Source of the DNA: Gammaproteobacteria bacterium
GTDB taxonomy: Bacteria; Pseudomonadota; Gammaproteobacteria; Burkholderiales; Rhodocyclaceae
Length of the DNA stretch: 64,000 bases
Reading direction: 5' to 3'
NCBI GenBank assembly: GCA_038322845.1
Contig: JBBQGH010000003.1
Location: 2,130 to 66,129, forward strand
Made by a program: the position numbers and the translations under genes. The notes under the pieces are model-generated. The model was not told the DNA's origin. It did no database searches and saw nothing but the letters and a program-made list of their open reading frames with translations. Positions 59,664-64,000 of this stretch are shown piece after piece (position 1 is the first letter of the stretch; the number at the start of each line of letters is the position of its first letter).

Positions 59664-60818
59664 TTACCGCCGCGCGTAGGGCGCGAAGGTTTCCGGCAGT
59701 AGGGTGGTTTCCAGGCTACGCTGGGCGAAAAGATAACGGCCGTCGCAAATGAAACCCAGCTCCTGCCAATCCACGTCATTGAGCAAACGGCACAGCGTGA
59801 CCACATCAGCTTGTGGATCGTGAGGGAAAAGCGCCAGGACAGCGCCGTCGTAGTCGTGGCAATCATGCAGAAAAAATGGCTGTGGGCGGCGCGTTTTGCC
59901 ATTCACGTAGATGCGTGGCGCCGTGGAAACGTGATGGCGGCGCCCCCATTGCCACCAGTTTGATTCGTCGAACTTCGCCACGCGCCGCCCCAACAGCCGC
60001 TCTTTGAACTGCTCCAGGTAAGAAAGTTTGGAATCGAAAATCATGCGGCGCAGCTCGCCCGTGGTGGCGGTGCGCGAGCAGACGAAATCCACCTTACCTA
60101 ATTCCGCGTTAGTAAAAATATCGTCGGCGCCAGAAACGGCGCCCACCTTGACATAGAAAACACGAGAAAGTGGCACGCTGTAGATGCCGCGCGTCAGCAT
60201 GAGCTGGCCGCCCGCCAAGCGCATGCGCCGACCATCGGTGGTGCGCCGCGTGAAATTGCCTTTTTCAAAGCGCCAGATGCAGCAGTTCGGCAGGGCGCCT
60301 TCGAAAATTCGGGCGTCGCCCAGCTCGATGAAATCGGTGATGCTGCCCTGATCGTGCAACCAGACATTGAGACGCGCAGAGCCGGTAGCTTTGAGAAAAT
60401 CGCGGGGGGTGATGAAAACCAGCTCGCCGCCCGGCTGCAAATGGCGCACGCACTTCTCGATGAAATGCAGGTAGAGATTGGCGTGGCCGTCGAGCAAGCC
60501 GCTGCCGAGATGGCGCCGCGTTTCCGGCAGAATGTCGCGCGCCTTCACATAGGGCGGATTGCCGATAATAGTGTCGAACTTGTGGCTTTCCGGGTAGGCG
60601 AAGAAGTCCAAAGTGAGGGCGCCAGTCGGCGCGAAAGCGCTGTCCAACTCAATGGCAGTGCAGCCGGACAGATGCCGAGTAAAGGCGCCATCGCCGCAGG
60701 CCGGCTCCAGCACTGAGCCTCGATTGCGTCGCAGCGCCAACATGGCGTCGACCACCGCCGGCGGCGTGAATACCTGGCCACGCCGCGCCACGTCGAGTTC
60801 GGCTGTAAGAGTCGGCAT
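59664..60818 (-). CDS. Orphan N6-adenine DNA methyltransferase (gamma-type motif order)
   Basis: GQVFTP (motif X), LEPACGDG (motif I) and GNPPY (motif IV); no adjacent endonuclease gene. Confidence 0.82.
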   Translation of the reverse strand: MPTLTAELDVARRGQVFTPPAVVDAMLALRRNRGSVLEPACGDGAFTRHLSGCTAIELDSAFAPTGALTLDFFAYPESHKFDTIIGNPPYVKARDILPETRRHLGSGLLDGHANLYLHFIEKCVRHLQPGGELVFITPRDFLKATGSARLNVWLHDQGSITDFIELGDARIFEGALPNCCIWRFEKGNFTRRTTDGRRMRLAGGQLMLTRGIYSVPLSRVFYVKVGAVSGADDIFTNAELGKVDFVCSRTATTGELRRMIFDSKLSYLEQFKERLLGRRVAKFDESNWWQWGRRHHVSTAPRIYVNGKTRRPQPFFLHDCHDYDGAVLALFPHDPQADVVTLCRLLNDVDWQELGFICDGRYLFAQRSLETTLLPETFAPYARR

Positions 60819-60916
60819 AGTAGAATGGAGGGCTTATCGCTGGACAGCGCGGGTGGCTAAGTTGCAACCTCAGTGACACCCTCCGCGGCAGCGTTCACCT
60901 CGGGATCGGACTTGCA

Positions 60917-62527
60917 GTGCTTACCACCTCAAATATTACCATGCAGTTCGGGGCCAAGCCCCTGTTCGAGAACATCTCCGTCAAGTTCGGCGAGGGTAAT
61001 CGTTACGGCTTGATCGGCGCCAACGGCTGCGGCAAAACCACCTTCATGAAGATACTCGCGGGCGTGCTGGAGCCCTCTGGAGGCAACGTTGCGCTGGATC
61101 GGCATGAGCGCATGGCCTGGTTGCGGCAGGACCAGTTCGGCTTTGAGGACATCCGCGTACTCGATGTCGTGCTAATGGGCCACGAGCAGATGTGGGCCTG
61201 CATGCAAGAGAAGGACGCCATCTACGCCAATCCCGAGGCCACCGAAGAAGACTACCTCCATGCTGCGGAGCTGGAAGCCAAGTTCGCCGAGTACGACGGG
61301 TACACGGCCGAGTCACGCGCCGGCGAATTACTGCATGGCGCCGGCATTCCCACCGAACAGCACAGCGGCCCGATGAGCGCCGTCGCCCCCGGCTGGAAGC
61401 TGCGCGTGCTGCTGGCGCAGGCGCTGTTTTCCAACCCCGACATTCTGCTGCTGGACGAGCCGACCAACAACCTCGACATCAACACCATCCGCTGGTTAGA
61501 GCAGGTGCTGAACGAGCGTGGCAGCACCATGATCATCATTTCGCACGACCGCCACTTTCTTAACCAGGTGTGCACGCACATGGCCGACCTGGACTACGGG
61601 CGGCTGACGCTTTACCCGGGCAACTACGATGACTACATGGAGGCCTCGACGCAGGCCCGCCAGCAGCAGCTGAAAGACAATACCAAGGCCAAGGAGCGCG
61701 TCGCAGAATTGCAGGATTTCGTGCGCCGCTTTTCTGCCAACAAATCCAAGGCACGCCAGGCCACCAGCCGTGCCAAGCAGATCGAGAAGATCAAGGTGGA
61801 GGACATCAAGCCCTCGTCACGGCAATATCCGTGGATACGCTTCGACGTGGACGAGAAAGAAAAGCTGCATCGCCATGCCGTTGAAATCGACGGGCTGACT
61901 CACGGTTATGACAAAAATCTCTTCGAACGTTTCAGCGCCACCATTGAAGCCGGCGAGAAGGTCGCTATTATCGGCGAGAACGGCGTGGGTAAAACCACGC
62001 TACTGCGTTGTCTTGCGGGGGCGGAATTGGGCGGACTCGCGCCCAAGGCCGGCAAAATCAAATGGGCGGAAAAGGCGCGTGCGGGCTATTTCGCGCAGGA
62101 TCACGCCAGCGATTTCGCGAAGGGGGAGCCGCTTACCGACTGGATGCGGCAGTGGACGCGCGGCGACGACGACGAGCAAGTGGTGCGCGCCACACTGGGT
62201 CGTCTGCTGTTCTCCGGCGACGAAGTCGGCAAGTCGGTGCAGGTGATCTCGGGGGGAGAGCAAGGCCGCATGCTCTTCGGTAAGTTGATCCTGCAAAAGC
62301 CCAATGCCTTGTTAATGGACGAGCCGACCAATCACCTCGACATGGAATCCATCGAGTCGCTTAACACCGCCCTGGAAATATACACCGGCACGCTGATCTT
62401 CGTCTCGCATGACCGGGAATTTGTCTCCTCACTCGCCAACCGCATCATCGAAATCAGACCGGATCGCATCATTGACTATCAAGGCGGCTACGAGGACTAT
62501 CTGGTGAGCCAGGGCATCGAGTATTGA
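60917..62527 (+). CDS. ABC-F family ATPase (YbiT-like)
   Basis: Two NBDs ([16 protein letters not shown]), no TM domain, [11 protein letters not shown]. Confidence 0.9.
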   Translation: MLTTSNITMQFGAKPLFENISVKFGEGNRYGLIGANGCGKTTFMKILAGVLEPSGGNVALDRHERMAWLRQDQFGFEDIRVLDVVLMGHEQMWACMQEKDAIYANPEATEEDYLHAAELEAKFAEYDGYTAESRAGELLHGAGIPTEQHSGPMSAVAPGWKLRVLLAQALFSNPDILLLDEPTNNLDINTIRWLEQVLNERGSTMIIISHDRHFLNQVCTHMADLDYGRLTLYPGNYDDYMEASTQARQQQLKDNTKAKERVAELQDFVRRFSANKSKARQATSRAKQIEKIKVEDIKPSSRQYPWIRFDVDEKEKLHRHAVEIDGLTHGYDKNLFERFSATIEAGEKVAIIGENGVGKTTLLRCLAGAELGGLAPKAGKIKWAEKARAGYFAQDHASDFAKGEPLTDWMRQWTRGDDDEQVVRATLGRLLFSGDEVGKSVQVISGGEQGRMLFGKLILQKPNALLMDEPTNHLDMESIESLNTALEIYTGTLIFVSHDREFVSSLANRIIEIRPDRIIDYQGGYEDYLVSQGIEY

Positions 62528-62781
62528 GGTTCGTGACATAAGTCACAGCGAGGTCATACTCCCTTTTACGCGTGCTGCTGATTCTTGTCTAAAACTGGCG
62601 AAAAGCGGCAAGCCGTAATACGTCCCTGGATAGACTTGCAAGGCATTTCAATGACTTAAAAATAGACGTCGGTCCGGCACGACAGTTGCTAAATGTAGCT
62701 TGTCGAGGATACGGTTTGTGCGAGATAGTTCAACGCACCGAACCGCGAATCCAGCCCCAACAGAGATCGAATACGGAGATC

Positions 62782-63039
62782 ATGATGAAAAACAAGAAGG
62801 AAAAAACCGGCTTGTCCAAAGCGCAAACCCTCACCCTCGTTTGGCTCTTGATATCTGCCGCACTCGCCCACCCGCTCTACTCCTTTCTCTTCACCATCGG
62901 ATTCAACCAGGTGCTCGCCGGCGTGACGGTATTCATCGGCATTTGCCTTTTGTATGACATCCCCTACCGTGCTCGCGTCCAGGCGGAATTCGAACTCGCC
63001 ACCAGCCGGGCGGACCATTGGCGGAATCGTAGCTGCTAA
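62782..63039 (+). CDS. Small hypothetical membrane protein
   Basis: GGAG SD; basic N-terminus followed by two hydrophobic helices. Confidence 0.5.
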   Translation: MMKNKKEKTGLSKAQTLTLVWLLISAALAHPLYSFLFTIGFNQVLAGVTVFIGICLLYDIPYRARVQAEFELATSRADHWRNRSC

Positions 63040-63127
63040 AGGAGTTGGCAGCGCCGAAGCTTGTGGCTGCCAGTGGTATCTTTATCTGACGCGGGGCATT
63101 TTCCTAGAACGAGAAGCGCGCTCCGCG

Positions 63128-63829
63128 CTAATTCGTAATTCCGTTACTGCGACGCTCGGCTGCTTTTTCTTCCGCGCGGCGTTTGTCTTTCTCGGCGCGT
63201 TGGCGCGCTTTATCTTCAGCGTTTTTGCGTTTCTGTTCGCGCGCGGCGGCAGCGTCAGCGCGGTGCTTGGCTTCGGTGACGGCATGCTTTTGGCCTTCGG
63301 TGGCGCGCTTTCCCCGCGCGCTGGCCTCTTCGGCACGACGCTTAGCGCGCTGTGCGGATTCTTCGCGGCCGCGCGCGGCCTTGGCAGCTTCATCCGCGGC
63401 GCGCTGGGGCGCTTCGGCCAGCTCTTGGGCTTCTCGGGTCACCTGTTGGCGGCGGCGGATGTCCCGCTCGATTTGCCGTGACTCACTATCCAATTTGCGC
63501 GCCTCGATCATGGCCTGGGTATGAGCTTCCTTGGCTTGCTCCAGACAGGCCGAAACCAGAAACCGTTGCCAGCAACTGGTCTCCGATTCCTTGAGCTTGG
63601 CCGCGGCGTCGGCCTTCTGCTTGTCAGCGCTTCCTTTCAGCGCGCGCACCTTGTTGGTGAGTTGCTGCTCTTCTTCGGGCGTGATTTGCGCGGCGGGTGG
63701 ATGAATCTCGCTCGCTACGCCGGGCACGGCAGGCACGCTAGCGTCGTCCACCGCATAAGCGGCAGTAGCGACAAACAACAGCGAGGCGACGTAAAAGGAA
63801 AAGGAAAAGGAAACGAAAAAGCGTGACAT
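63128..63829 (-). CDS. Exported coiled-coil hypothetical protein
   Basis: Signal peptide; CWQRFLVSACLEQAK Cys pair; long E/K/A/R-rich helix. Confidence 0.7.
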   Translation of the reverse strand: MSRFFVSFSFSFYVASLLFVATAAYAVDDASVPAVPGVASEIHPPAAQITPEEEQQLTNKVRALKGSADKQKADAAAKLKESETSCWQRFLVSACLEQAKEAHTQAMIEARKLDSESRQIERDIRRRQQVTREAQELAEAPQRAADEAAKAARGREESAQRAKRRAEEASARGKRATEGQKHAVTEAKHRADAAAAREQKRKNAEDKARQRAEKDKRRAEEKAAERRSNGITN

Positions 63830-63907
63830 GGCAGGTGATCTGTTTGGCTCTTGCGTACAATAACGCGTTTCCCCACGTGCCGGTTGAACCGGCATCTTGA
63901 AAATTCC

Positions 63908-64000
63908 GTGATTCTTTTACGCAATCTCACCCTCGCCCGGGCCGGTCGCCCGTTGCTCGAAGGGGTCAATCTCAGTCTACATGCGGGGCAAAAAGTTGGC
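63908..64000 (+). CDS. ABC-F ATPase (YheS-like), 5' end only
   Basis: GTG start, MILLRNLTLARAGRPLLEGVNLSLHAGQKVG, runs off the window end. Confidence 0.65.
   Translation, partial: MILLRNLTLARAGRPLLEGVNLSLHAGQKVG

Noticed and set aside
63794-63820. (GGAAAA)n tract as a phase-variation switch
   Set aside because: The 6-bp unit preserves frame (SFSFSF in the signal peptide) and there are only about three copies.

Overview
Chromosomal core-genome window from a high-GC betaproteobacterium (gene content and order suggest Rhodocyclales/Nitrosomonadales; this is inference). From left to right it holds: an LPS core/O-antigen cluster (GT4 and GT9 glycosyltransferases, O-antigen ligase, AsnB-type amidotransferase, FkbM methyltransferase, msbA); a riboswitch-controlled B12 uptake locus (btuB-C-D, with btuF convergent) interrupted by an accessory islet (Sel1/TonB protein, lipoprotein, hicBA between 193-bp direct repeats); zapB-like/zapA/6S RNA; ttcA; tRNA-Arg; rep; a brnTA pair; lipAB; dacC-rlpA-mrdBA-mreDCB; gatCAB; pyrE; xth with an in-frame amber stop; yqjDEK; ampG; metXW behind a SAM-II-like riboswitch; a PTS trio; gshAB; an orphan N6-adenine DNA methyltransferase; and two ABC-F genes. 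The most unusual signal is mostly non-genic. At least three families of short palindromic elements (9-nt-period inverted arrays, 7-nt-period inverted arrays, REP-like hairpins) occupy operon junctions, nest inside each other, and in two cases appear to lie in frame inside conserved housekeeping genes (rlpA signal peptide, gatB loop). The SAM-II aptamer also carries a tandem twin-hairpin insertion plus a terminator/antiterminator platform. No integrase, transposase or CRISPR array was seen. All homology calls come from motif recognition, not database searches.
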